NCBI GenBank assembly: GCA_964016885.1
Contig: OZ024743.1
Location: forward strand, 212,908,001 to 212,972,000
DNA from: Eledone cirrhosa
Taxonomy: Eukaryota
Direction: 5' to 3'
Length of the DNA stretch: 64,000 nucleotides
The notes under the pieces were generated by a model that saw nothing but the letters and a program-made list of their open reading frames with translations, ran no database searches and was not told the DNA's origin. Numbering within the stretch: position 1 is the first letter of the stretch; each line of letters opens with the position of its first letter. Of the stretch, positions 48,912 to 64,000 are shown piece after piece. The position numbers were made by a program, and so were the translations under genes.

Positions 48912-49346
48912 TGCTACTCTACGTCTGTATACATATATGTATGTACGTATATATACATACTTACATTTAAGTAAGTGCCGTATTAAGTGTGAGAAATGAA
49001 ATTTCATTTTCATTTTATTTCAAATTATCTTTTTCGGTATGCCTGACCGACTTAACTCAATCGATATGCAAATTAGGCTCCTCAGCCGTTAATTTTTATA
49101 AGGAAAGTATATACTTTCGAACGTTCAACTATCTGGCAGAAGGATATACGGTGCTGATGATAGCTAACAAGCTTGACACTAGTACATCGTTCCTGTGTCA
49201 GTGTTGAACAAAAAGGTGACGTGGTTGCCTTAACACCGTACGGCATAAATTCAGGCTGTTCAGTTTGTTTACAAACGAACAAAGCGGCGTTATAATAAGC
49301 GTCCGCTAAACTGATACGTGCATATATGTATGTGTACGTGTATGTA

Positions 49347-49406
<60 letters not shown>

Positions 49407-50741
49407 TGCTACTCTACGTCTGTATACATATATGTATGTACGTATATATACATACTTACATTTAAGTAAGTGCCGTATTAAGTGTGAGAAATGAAATTTC
49501 ATTTTCATTTTATTTCAACTTATCGTTTTCGGTATGCCTGACCGACTTAACTCACTCGATGTGCAAATTAGGCTGCTCAGCCGTTAATTTTCATATGGAA
49601 AGTATATACTTTCGAACGTTCAACTATCTCGCAGAAGGGTATACCGTGCTGATGATAGCTAACAAGCTTGAAACTAGTACATCGTTCCTGTGTCAGTGTT
49701 GAACAAAAAGCTGACGTGGTTGCCTTAACACCGTACGGCATAAATTCAGGCTGTTCAGTTTGTTTACAAACGAACAAAATGGCGTTATAATAGGCGTCCG
49801 CTAAACTGATACGTGCATATATGTATGTGTACCTGTATGTATATATATATGCATGCTACTCTACGTCTGTATACATATATGTATGTACGTATATATACAT
49901 ACTTACATTTAAGTAAGTGCCGTACTAAGAGTGAGAAATGAAATTTCGTTTTCATTTTATTTCAAATTAACCTTTTCGGTATGCCTGACCGACTTAACTC
50001 ACTCGATATGCAAATTAGGCTGCTCAGCCGTTAACTTTCATAAGGAAAGTATATACTTTCGAACGTTCAACTATCTGGCAGAAGGGTATACCGTGCTGAT
50101 GATAGCTAACAAACTTGAAACTAGTACATCGTTCCTGTGTCAGTGTTGAACAAAAAGGTGACGTGGTTGCCTTAACACCGTACGGCATAAATTCAGGCTG
50201 TTTAGTTTGTTTACAAACGAACAAAGCTGCGTTATAATAAGCGTCCGCTAAACTGATACGTGCATATATGTATGTGTACCTGTATGTATATATATATATA
50301 TATGCATGCTACTGTACGTCTGTATACATATATGTATGAACCTATACATACATACTTACATTTAAGTAAGTGCCGTACTAAGAGTGAGAAATGAAATTTC
50401 GTTTTCATTTTATTTCAAATTAACCTTTTCGGTATGCCTGACCGACTTAACTCACTCGATATGCAAATTAGGCTGCTCAGCCGTTAACTTTCATAAGGAA
50501 AGTATATACTTTCGAACGTTCAACTATCTGGCAGAAGGGTATACGGTGCTGATGATAGCTAACAAGCTTGAAACTAGAACATCGTTCCTGTGTCAGTGTT
50601 GAACAAAAAGGTGACGTCGTTGCCTTAACAACGTACGGCATAAATTCAGGCTGATCAGTTTGTTTACAAACGAACAAAGCGGCGTTATAATAGGCGTCCG
50701 CTAAACTGATACGTGCATATATGTATGTGTACCTGTATGTA

Positions 50742-50833
<92 letters not shown>

Positions 50834-51262
50834 TGCTACTGTACGTCTGTATACATATATGTATGTACGTATACATACATACTTACATTTAAGTAAGTGC
50901 CGTACTAAGAGTGAGAAATGTAATTTCGTTTTCATTTTATTTCAACTTATCGTTTTCGGTATGCCTGACCGACTTAACTCACTCGATATGCAAATTAGGC
51001 TGCTCAGCCGTTAATTTTCATAAGGAAAGTATATACTTTCGAACGTTCAACTATCTGGCAAAAGGATATACCGTGCTGATGATAGCTAACAAGCTTGAAA
51101 CTAGTACATCGTTCCTGTGTCAGTGTTGATCAAAAAGGTGACGTGGTTGCCTTAACACCGTACGGCATAAATTCAGGCTGTTCAGTTTGTTTACAAACGA
51201 ACAAAGTGGCGTTATAATGAGCGTCCGCTAAACTGATACGTGCATATATGTATGTGTACCTG

Positions 51263-51324
<62 letters not shown>

Positions 51325-51769
51325 TGCTACTGTACGTCTGTATACATATATGTATGTACGTATACATACATACTTACATTTAAGTAAGTGCCGTACTAAG
51401 AGTGAGAAATGAAATTTCGTTTTCGTTTTATTTCAACTTATCGTTTTCGGTATGCCTGACCGACTTAACTCACTCGATATGCAAATTAGGCTGCTCAGCC
51501 GTTAATTTTCATAAGGGAAGTATATATATTTTCGAAAGTTCAACTATCTGGCAGAAGGAAATACGGTGCTGATGATAGCTAACAAGCTTGAAACTAGTAC
51601 ATCGTTCCTGTGTCAGTGTTGAACAAAAATGTGACGTGGTTGCCTTAACACCGTACGCCATAAATTCAGGCTGTTCAGTTTGTTTACAAACGAACAAAGC
51701 GGCGTTTTAATAAGCGTCCGCTAAACTGATACGTGCATATATCTATGTGTACGTGTATGTATATATGTA

Positions 51770-51885
<116 letters not shown>

Positions 51886-52314
51886 TGCTACTGTACGTCT
51901 GTATACATATATGTATGTACGTATACATACATACTTACATTTAAGTAAGTGCCGTATTAAGAGTGAGAAATAAAATTTCGTTTTCATTTTATTTCAACTT
52001 ATCGTTTTCGGTATGCCTGACCGACTTAACTCACTCGATATGCAAATTAGGCTGCTCAGCCGTTAATTTTCATAAGGAAAGTATATACTTTCGAACGTTC
52101 AACTATCTGGCAGAAGGGAATACGGTGCTGATGATAGCTAACAAGCTTGAAACTAGTACATCGTTCCTGTGTCAGTGTTGAACAAAAAGGTGACGTGCTT
52201 GCCTTAACACCGTACGGCATAAATTCAGGCTGTTCAGTTTGTTTACAAACGAACAAAGCGGCGTTATAATAGGCGTCCGCTAAACTGATACGTGCATATA
52301 TGTATGTGTACGTG

Positions 52315-52384
<70 letters not shown>

Positions 52385-52813
52385 GGCTACTGTACGTCTG
52401 TATACATATATGTATGTACGTATACATACATACTTACATTTAAGTAAGTGCCGTACTAAGAGTGAGAAATGAAATTCCGTTTTCATTTTATTTCAACTTA
52501 TCGTTTTCGGTATGCCTGACCGACTTAACTCACTCGATATGCAAATTAGGCTGCTCAGCCGTTAATTTTCATAAGGAAAGTATATACTTTCGAACGTTCA
52601 ACTATCTGGCAGAAGGGTATACGGTGCTGATGATAGCTAACAAGCTTGAAACTAGTACATCGTTCCTGTGTCAGTGTTGAACAAAAAGGTGACGTGGTTG
52701 CCTTAACACCGTACGGCATATATTCAGGCTGTTCAGTTTGTTTACAAACGAACAAAGCGGCGTTATAATAAGCGTCCGCTAAACTGATACGTGCATATAT
52801 GTACGTGTACCTG

Positions 52814-52859
<46 letters not shown>

Positions 52860-52928
52860 TGCATGCTACTGTACGTCTGTATACATATATGTATGTACGT
52901 ATACATACATACTTACATATATATATAT

Positions 52929-53049
<121 letters not shown>

Positions 53050-53314
53050 TATATATATATATTTTATATATATATATATAATATATATATATATAATATA
53101 TATATATATATAATATATATATATATATATAGTATATATATATATATATGTGGGTGTGAGGTCAAAGAGGACGCCGTGGAGGGGGAGGGGGGGAGGTCAA
53201 AACGGTAAGTAGAACGATGAAAATGTGAAACTGTAAAAGGTACTGAGAGAGAAAAGAAATATAAGCAGAATCTGGTTACTAAGACTTAATTCTCCCGCTA
53301 TTGCTAGGCTGAAG

Positions 53315-53605
53315 AAATACATAAATAAGTAAATAAGAAATACATAAATAATATTCCACATAAGTAAATAAGAAATACAAAAATAATATTCCACATAAGT
53401 AAATACGAAATACATAAAGAATATTCCACATAAGTAAATAAGAAATACATGAATAATATTCCACATAAGTAAATAAGAAATACATAAGTAATATTCCACA
53501 TAATTAAATAAGAAATACGTAAATAATATTCCACATAAGTAAATAAGAAATACGTAAGTAATATTCCACATAAGTAAATAAGAAATACGTAAATAATATT
53601 CCACA
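53315..53605 (+). repeat. 35-bp minisatellite, ~8 copies
   Basis: Unit aaatacataaataatattccacataagtaaataag. Confidence 0.9.
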
Positions 53606-53824
53606 AGAAAAACACAAATGAGTAAATAAACAAATAAGTGAGTAAAAGGATGGATAGATAGATTTTAAAAAAAATATATATATATATATATATAATGTAG
53701 AATAAAAAGAATAAGAAAACAAATGATAATGATAGAAACAAAACCTAGGTGTGACGGAGATAAAGGGACCCTTATGCGGGGTATAAGTGCGAGTATCGTA
53801 CAGTGACGGTTCAACGGAGACGAT

Positions 53825-54531
<707 letters not shown>

Positions 54532-54925
54532 TATATGGAACATAACTTAACAACCGGCTCAAATCCGATCTAATCCGCCGTGACCTTTCTCCGAACTTTA
54601 CACACCTTCCCACACTTGGTCTTTCCTTCCACGCATTACCTCTGTTTGATTTTGTTACCGTACCTTTTTTTTCCGTATAAGATTCTTTGCCTGTGTTCTT
54701 ACAATTGTATTTCTATGATTTTTTTGTTCACGATCGCCTGTGTTATTACCTTTATGATTTTTTGTCTTTAATTTTCCTGTGTTTACTCCCCCCTCCCTAC
54801 GTTTTTCTGTTTCTTTTTCCCTTCCCCGTCTCTGCCTATCCTTCGCACTCACCCCTTCGTTCACTCCACCCCGCTTCACACCCCTGCCCTCTCATCCCTC
54901 CCCTTGCTTTCACCCAACGCCCATC

Positions 54926-55857
54926 ATGCCCAACCTGAGATCCTTTCTCCACCAACTCCACAATCGCCTCAAACTTTTCCTCACCCCCCCTCCTTCCACC
55001 CTGCTATCTCCCCTCCGCCCTTCAACTCTCCTACCTTCTCTTCGCCAAAACCCGGCACTCCAGCCACATCCATTTCCTCAGCCACTGCCTCCGCCTCCAC
55101 CTTATCCCCCTCGGCTTCCGTCTACACTTCCACCCCTACCCCGCTGCTTCCCCCTCCACGCAACGTATCCTCACCCGATCCTCACGCCTTCTGATGCGCA
55201 ACTCCATCCGCGCATCCCGTTCCACCCTCCGCCTACTTGACCACCAACTGACCCCCACCCTCCTCCGCCTTTACTCCACCTGCCACCCCCTCCTCGCCCA
55301 AGCCATCCTCTCCTTCATCCACAACCTCTTCTCGTTCCTCAGCTCCACCAAAGCCCGCAAGCTACACTCACTCCCCCCCCCCCCCCCCCCCCCCCATCCA
55401 CCACCACCCTCCCATCCCCATACGCCCACCACTCTCCACCTCTCCCCCGACCCACACCCCTACCCAATCTCCACCCTCCACCTCACCCCTCACCACACCC
55501 TCCCTTCCCTCCCCAAACACCCAAACCCCACCCCTTGTTGTCACCATACCCCTTGACCTCCCCCTCTCCGCACCTGAGTGCTCACTCCTTAGTAGAGGCC
55601 TTCGCTTCATACCCCACACTCCGCACAGCGACGAGTTCCGCACCCGAACGGAAGTCGAGCGATTCGTGCGACGCACTAAGCTACAGGCACATTTCAGCCG
55701 AACGCCACCGGCTCCGGACGCCCCAGACCCGTTTCTCGCCCTGGGCCGACGACCATCTTCTTGGACGCCGGCCCCAGGGCAATTTAGCACCCTGACGCCT
55801 TCGTCGATGCCAGCCGTAGCGCAGTAAATCGTTTCAACTTCCGCCACCGTTCCAAAC
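54926..55857 (+). pseudogene. N-terminal part of a Penelope-like retroelement (Neptune-like) ORF, frameshifted and cut by the assembly gap
   Basis: Manual translation gives SHIHFLSHCLRLHLIPLGFRLHF..., TKARKLHSL, VVTIPLDLPLSAPECSLLSRGLRFIP...ERFVRRTKLQAHF...SSWTPAPG. These match recalled PLE pre-RT motifs (H..FL..C....IP.G; LS..E..LL.KGL.F.P; F.RR..L..F; S.WTP). Apparent frameshifts fall mostly in C runs. Confidence 0.75.
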
Positions 55858-56057
55858 NNNNNNNNNNNNNNNNNNNNNNNNNNNNNNNNNNNNNNNNNNN
55901 NNNNNNNNNNNNNNNNNNNNNNNNNNNNNNNNNNNNNNNNNNNNNNNNNNNNNNNNNNNNNNNNNNNNNNNNNNNNNNNNNNNNNNNNNNNNNNNNNNNN
56001 NNNNNNNNNNNNNNNNNNNNNNNNNNNNNNNNNNNNNNNNNNNNNNNNNNNNNNNNN
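55858..56057. other. Assembly gap (200 N)
   Basis: Run of N. Confidence 1.
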
Positions 56058-56082
56058 ATATATATATATATATATATATTAT

Positions 56083-57018
56083 ATACTAGCAGTAAAGCCC
56101 GGCGTTGCTCGGAGTCGCTCAGTAGCTGTGTTAAAGTTACAATGTTAAGTTTCTTTTTTGGCTTGAAAACTGTAGTGTCTACTGTGCAGACTTGCATGTG
56201 GTGTTTTTGATTAATATTCCCTCAACCAACAATATGCCTTATGAAGTTAAGAAAACATAACGATAACCCGAATGTTATAACAAAAGAGGATGCTGGGGAT
56301 AGAAACTGCACTGGTTATTTATTAACAAAGATCGAAAATGTAAACACTGCAACGCAGAGAAAAACATTAGCGTAACCAAATTATCAGTTATGTCTGTCTG
56401 CACGCCTATATCACCTCTCTGCACGACTGTCTGTCTGCACGCCTATATCACCTCTCTGCACGACTGTCTGTCTGCACGCCTATATCACCTCTCTGCACGG
56501 CACGACTATCTGTCTGCACGCGTATATCACCTCTCTGCACGACTGTCTGTCTGCACGACTGTCTGTCTGCACGCCTAACGACGAAATATTTGCTTGCTTT
56601 ACGTAGTCTTTAAATAGACTTGTTTTCAAGTAAAAATATTGTTTTAAAATGCTTTTAAATGGAAATGAAGCAAAACGGAAGCTTAGTGTTCGAACTGATG
56701 AATTTTGCAGGTCAATATTTTGCTGGCTCGACAACTGTTCGTAAACGCTGAGAAAGCCAGCGTAATTTTTTACGTAAGACGCTCAATGTAAACAGAACAA
56801 AGGGAAATAACTGATAACTTACGCTCAAAAATCGATACATTATATTCGATTTCGTCACATAGGGCGGGTCAATTTGAAATTTTTTTTTTCCGATGTCTTC
56901 GCTAGGGCTCAATGTACAAGTATAGCAATTTCGGTGCAATTCCGTGAGAGATTCTAAGAGGAGATGTGTGCCAAAAATCGGTAGACAGACAGACAACCAC
57001 AGTTTTATATATATAGAT
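56083..57018 (+). mobile_element. Non-autonomous Helentron/HINE (DINE-1/Lep1-like) element
   Basis: Starts ATACTAG...CCCGGCGTTGCTCGG (GC hairpin), contains an internal minisatellite, and ends agacagacagac...ttttatatatatagat. A second copy starts at 63351. Confidence 0.65.
56391..56576 (+). repeat. ~37-bp minisatellite inside the Helentron-like element
   Basis: Unit ctgtctgtctgcacgcctatatcacctctctgcacga. Confidence 0.9.
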
Positions 57019-57026
57019 ATATATAG

Positions 57027-58443
<1,417 letters not shown>

Positions 58444-58454
58444 ATATATATAAT

Positions 58455-58612
<158 letters not shown>

Positions 58613-58645
58613 AAGAACACAAGAGCGTCTACAGCATCAAAAGAT

Positions 58646-58705
58646 TTTTATTGGCTTACAATGTTTCTTCCTTACGTAACCGTAGGATTCGTCAGAGCTA
58701 TAAAA
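58646..58705 (-). ncRNA. Minimal PLE-type hammerhead ribozyme
   Basis: Minus strand reads ttttatagct-CTGACGA-aTCCTACG.gtta.CGTAaGGAa-GAAA-CATTG-TA-agccaataaaa. Stem I is short and bulged. Confidence 0.7.
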
Positions 58706-58951
58706 GGGGTTTGATTGGTGTTATGGACTCTACCAACCAAACATTCAAGAACAAAGAGTAAAGAGAGTAAAGAGCAAAAGTAGGGGACGATAAGTCTAAT
58801 GTTGGTGCGGGAGGGTGACTTGTGGGTCCTTGTTTACTAGATGCGGTCATATTCATTCCCGGGAGTCGGGTGGTTAGCTGAACCATAGATGGGGTGGCGT
58901 CGATAGTATGGTGCAGAGGGTGCGCATAGGCTACACAAACACAAAGGGCAT

Positions 58952-58986
<35 letters not shown>

Positions 58987-59904
58987 CGGAGGAGAAAGTA
59001 CATGAGGTAATTAGAAATGGAAAAAGAGTAATAATAATAATCTATAATTAATAGTGTATAATAAGGCATGGGGAAGATTACACTATAATAAGGTATAAAA
59101 GTAAGAATAAGGTAAAATATAAAGGAGGATAAAAGTGGAAATAATAAAGATAAAAAAATATATAGAGAATATATAAAGAAATATAAGCGAATATTTGGAG
59201 GGGAAAACACAATGTAAAAAAACCGATTTTTTCAAATAATAATAAAAATATAATAATTATGGGAGGAGAAAACGGGATAGAGAAATATGATCAAGTGTGA
59301 TTAGTTGAGAGAATATAAGATGATAATAGTTATGTCAAGTTTATACATCTTAATAATAAATAATCTGTGTATCAGAGTTGCAGAACCTTCAATTCACTTA
59401 CGGGTTCAAGCCACGTGGCGTGGTCCATTGTTTATCTGTGCGGTCATGCGCGTTTGTTTTTGACACCACAGCAGATGCACAAGTTCGTAAATTCCAATGC
59501 AGATAGAAATCTATTTTTGCTCACCCGGACATTGACGGAGGATCCAATATTCCTAGTTCAGTATGTGTGTGGTGTTATTTTGGTCGCACAAATCAATCAC
59601 TTGGTTCAATATTATGGAGTATGGTTTTCTGGTCTTCGTAACAGTGTCAGTGGTTGTATATCTGGAAATCACAAGGATCACAGTACTCCGGTTTGGTGTG
59701 ATAATCGGTCATCCACCTATGTTGTTGGTGGTTGGATTCAATTCTATTCGCCCGAACGTTGAACTTTGGTGTCGATAGGACATTAACGAGGCAGGGTGAG
59801 ATCGCATCTGTGGTACAAAACGGTACGCAAGGAAATTCTTCGTCTTCGTTTCATCCGGGTCCAGCAGTCAGGTGCAAGAACCGCTACGTAGTAATTGTGG
59901 GGTT

Positions 59905-60220
59905 AATCGGTCAAGTCAGCAACTGACCGAAAATTCAGACAGGCATCACAGGCACATTTAGGTCGGCAGCTTCTTTATGTGTACGTGTGTCCGACACACA
60001 CAGACACATATTTATATGTATTTCAACTAAAAAAACTCAATTGATTCACCCACTGGTACTACAATCGGTCAAGACAGCAACTGGCCGACAATTCCCTTAG
60101 GAATTCAGACAGGCATGACAGGTATATTTAGGTCAGCAGCTTCTTTATGTGTACGTCTGTCCGATACACACAGACACATATCCATATGTATTTCAACTCA
60201 AAAAATTCAGTTGATTCCCC
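59905..60220. repeat. Two-copy ~158-bp diverged direct repeat
   Basis: aatcggtcaag.cagcaactg.ccga at 59905 and 60063. Confidence 0.8.
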
Positions 60221-60540
60221 TATTGATATTATATCTGTGTCGCTCGGATGTGCATGCTGTGGCGTTCTGGTCGTGCATAGCATTCACTGTGTTTTGCCAT
60301 TACCTTGGAATGTGATGTTATGGTCATCAATAGTCCGGCAAGCGCATTTCGCTCTTATATTGCGGAGAATGCTGTTCTGGTCCTCAGTAAACATTTGGGT
60401 CAGCAGGAGGGGTGGTGGTTCTCAGTTTCAACTTCGACAATACATATGTGTTACTCTGCATATCATGCTCCTCTCAGAGAAGAGTATTATAGGAGGAATT
60501 CGTGCCACACACCACATATAGAGAGAATTTCTACAGAAAA

Positions 60541-60805
60541 GTATACATACATATACACATACATACACACATCATACACTTACACATACACACTCATACG
60601 CATACATACATATATTCACATACATGTCACATATACACATACACACAATATAATACGCGTGCATACAATATACATATATATATATACATACAATATACAT
60701 GCATACAATGCACGCACACATGCGTGCATGCATGCACACACGCACGCACACCCACACATATGTCTGCGTGTGAGAGAGAAAAGGAGAATACACACACACA
60801 CACGC
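60541..60805. repeat. Degenerate (CA)/(TA) microsatellite
   Basis: Low-complexity acat/acac tract. Confidence 0.8.
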
Positions 60806-60922
60806 AAAAACAACCTTGTAGGGGACTGTACCACCCTTAGGGTACCTATCTATCTGGGTTACGGGTTGGGGGGAAAGGGGGGAGCTATAGTCTAGGTGGG
60901 GGTTGCGTGATATATGTTACGT

Positions 60923-61910
60923 CTATGTGCTAGGTTTAAAATAGAAGAAGGAACTCAGGATTTTGTGTTGGCAAGAGGAGAAAATTTCCGATTTCCTGTT
61001 AAGCAGGTTCAGTTTAGAGTGTATTATGGCATGGCATTCCAGTAAACAGGTCACAACTTCCGCTCTGCGGTCGGTATGGCGTGGATCTAGTAAGCTTCCT
61101 CCAAAAAAGTTTGTATGGGGTACTATTATTTTTTAAAAAGATGTATCCCGCCAGTGAGGTGGCATTCTTATGTCTATCGTGTCTAAATGTGTACATATGC
61201 GCGTTAAATCTAGTTTTAAATGTATTGGACGTTGCTCCTATATATGTTTTGGTAGAGTTGTGTGTGGTTACGTCACATGCATATACTATGTTTTTCATGA
61301 GGCAATCCCCTCTTAGGGGACAGTTACTACTCCGCCTACAATTGCAACTGCGGGTTCGATTAGTTAATTTACCTCCCGAAGTTTGGTTACTAGCATTATC
61401 ACTAGGTGCCTCTATATCATTAGATGGCTCATTGATGCTATTATGTTGCCCATTTTCCAGTGTAGTCGGTTGCTGGTGGTTGACTGCCATTTTAATTGCT
61501 TCGAAGCCTTCCCTAGTTTTCCTAATGTTCGTGCGTGCTAGGTGTGATGCGAGGGTAGGTGTGGTCGAATAGGATAATTTAATTACGTTTTTGTTAATTA
61601 TGTTGCGATATCTATTGCCTGGTGGGAAGTCTTTTTCCAATAATGAGAAGAATACTCTGGGGAGGTTAGTGAGGACCTCAGAGTTAAAAGGTGGGTTAAA
61701 ATACATGTTTTCCTTCTTCTATTTTTTTTATCTGTGGGGTGAGTCTCGCTACTGTGCGTACTATTTTGTAGGGTTCCGTTATTAAGGTTTGTGGCGTTGT
61801 CTGTTTTGCTTAAGCCCGGATGGTTTATATTCATGGCGTGATCATTTACTGTTTTAGAGTTGTGGTGAGGGACTCTAGTATTGTCTTTACATTTAGCTGG
61901 GTTACCGCCA
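60923..61910 (-). pseudogene. 5'-truncated Penelope-like element ORF: linker + GIY-YIG endonuclease (Naiad-like), with two frameshifts
   Basis: KKNRRRKT/MYFNPPFNSEVLTN...FPPGNRY...KLSYS, CNC....CPLRGDC...IVY...YIG...FKTRFNAH. After a frameshift near 61045 it continues LLECHAIIHSKLNLLNRKSEIFSSCQHK to TAG at 60925-60923. The frame is open upstream to the (TA)n at ~61910. No RT domain is present. Confidence 0.85.
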
Positions 61911-61924
61911 TATATATATTATAT

Positions 61925-61979
<55 letters not shown>

Positions 61980-62112
61980 ATATATATATATATATATAAT
62001 ATATAATATATATAATATATATATAATATATATAATATATATATAATATATATATAATATATATAATATATATATAATATATATATAATATATATATAAT
62101 ATATATATATAT

Positions 62113-62143
<31 letters not shown>

Positions 62144-62244
62144 ATATATATATATATAATATATATATAATATATATATATATAATATGTATATATATAA
62201 TATATATATAATATATATATATATAATATATATATATATAATAT

Positions 62245-62278
<34 letters not shown>

Positions 62279-62284
62279 ATATAT

Positions 62285-62318
<34 letters not shown>

Positions 62319-62336
62319 ATATATATATATATAAAT

Positions 62337-62385
<49 letters not shown>

Positions 62386-62401
62386 TATATATAAATATAT
62401 A

Positions 62402-62440
<39 letters not shown>

Positions 62441-62454
62441 TATATATATAATAT

Positions 62455-62507
<53 letters not shown>

Positions 62508-62508
62508 T

Positions 62509-62542
<34 letters not shown>

Positions 62543-62580
62543 ATATATATATATATATATAATATATATATATAATATAT

Positions 62581-62623
<43 letters not shown>

Positions 62624-62640
62624 TAATATATATATATATT

Positions 62641-62703
<63 letters not shown>

Positions 62704-62765
62704 ATATATATATAATATATATATATAATATATATATATATATAATATATATATATATAATATAT

Positions 62766-62797
<32 letters not shown>

Positions 62798-62954
62798 ATA
62801 TATATATATATATAATATATATATATATAATATATATATATATATAATATATATATATATATAATATATATATATATATAATATATATATATATATTATA
62901 TATATATCTATATAATATATATATATATATATAATATATATATATATAATATAT

Positions 62955-62997
<43 letters not shown>

Positions 62998-63260
62998 TAT
63001 ATATTATATATATATATATAATATATATAATATATATATAATAAATTGAAGTGAAAGCAACTGGTGCGTGTGTTTCTTATTGGCAACATGACCCTCCCAA
63101 AGTATAACAATATATATATATATTATATATATATTATATATATATAATATATATATATATATTATATATATATTATATATTTGATATATATATATATTAT
63201 ATATAATATATATATATATATTATATATATATTATATGTTTCATATATATATATATTATA

Positions 63261-63298
<38 letters not shown>

Positions 63299-63306
63299 TA
63301 TATAAT

Positions 63307-63339
<33 letters not shown>

Positions 63340-63350
63340 TATATTTATTT
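61911..63350. repeat. Long imperfect (TA)n/(TAA) tract with a 65-bp unique island (63044-63108)
   Basis: Low-complexity TA sequence. Confidence 0.9.
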
Positions 63351-64000
63351 AGTTGCTCGGGGTCGCTCAGTAGCTGTGTTAAAGTTACAATGTTAAGTTT
63401 CTTTCTTGGCTTAAAAACTGTAGTGTCTACTGTGCATGTGGTGTTTTTGATTAATATTCCCTCAACCAACAATATGCCTTATGAAGTTAAGAAAACATAA
63501 CGATAACCCGAATGTTATAACAAAAGAGGATGCTGGAGATAGAAACTGCACTGGTTATTTATTAACAAAGATCGAAAATGTAAACACTGCAACGCAGAGA
63601 AAAACATTAGCGTAACCAAATTATCAGTTATGTCTGTCTGCACGCCTATATCACCTCTCTGCACGACTGTCTGTCTGCACGCCTATATCACCTCTCTACA
63701 CGACTGTCTGTCTGCACGCCTATATCACCTCTCTGCACGACTGTCTGTCTGCACGCCTATATCACCTCTCTGCACGACTATCTGTCTGCACGCGTATATC
63801 ACCTCTCTGCACGACTGTCTGTCTGCACGCCTAACGACGAAATATTTGCTTGTTTTACGTAGTCTTTAAATAGACTTGTTTTCAAGTAAAAATATTGTTT
63901 TAAAATGCTTTTAAATGGAAATGAAGCAAAACGGAAGTTTAGTGTTCGAACTGATGAATTTTGCAGGACAATATTTTGCTGGCTCGACAACTGTTCGTGT
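63351..64000 (+). mobile_element. Second copy of the Helentron-like element, lacking the extreme 5' end and running off the window
   Basis: Near-identical to ~56104-56741, including the 37-bp minisatellite (63631-63832) with a different unit arrangement. Confidence 0.7.

Noticed and set aside
54779-55847. Proline-rich and glycine-rich ORFs in the track
   Set aside because: Alternative or antisense frames of the C-rich PLE ORF.
59367-60895. Plus-strand ORFs of 124-196 aa
   Set aside because: No recognisable motifs, partly microsatellite-derived, and antisense to the PLE 3' region.
60923-61910. Selenocysteine recoding as reported for some Naiad PLEs
   Set aside because: No in-frame TGA in the visible ORF. 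The disruptions are frameshifts.

Overview
AT-rich, (TA)n-saturated eukaryotic (probably invertebrate animal) DNA with no recognisable host gene. About 49 kb (3993-52918) is a head-to-tail array of ~92 monomers, each ~436 bp plus a variable (TA)n tract. Each monomer carries a type I hammerhead ribozyme motif (ACGGTG-CTGATGA-TAGCTAACAAGCTT-GAAA-CTAGTA-CATCGT) with a palindromic mini stem III, so the array resembles a non-LTR retrozyme or ribozyme satellite. At least six further, sequence-distinct hammerhead-bearing units lie between the surrounding (TA)n tracts. They include one with a U3-A8 compensated core and a diverged structural homologue of the main monomer. Nearby are two degenerate Penelope-like retroelement ORF fragments (a Neptune-like N-terminus and a Naiad-like GIY-YIG endonuclease) and two Helentron/HINE-like non-autonomous elements. 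Nearly all listed ORFs are artefacts of (TA)n or the repeat. All calls are by eye; no ribozyme activity or transcription is shown.
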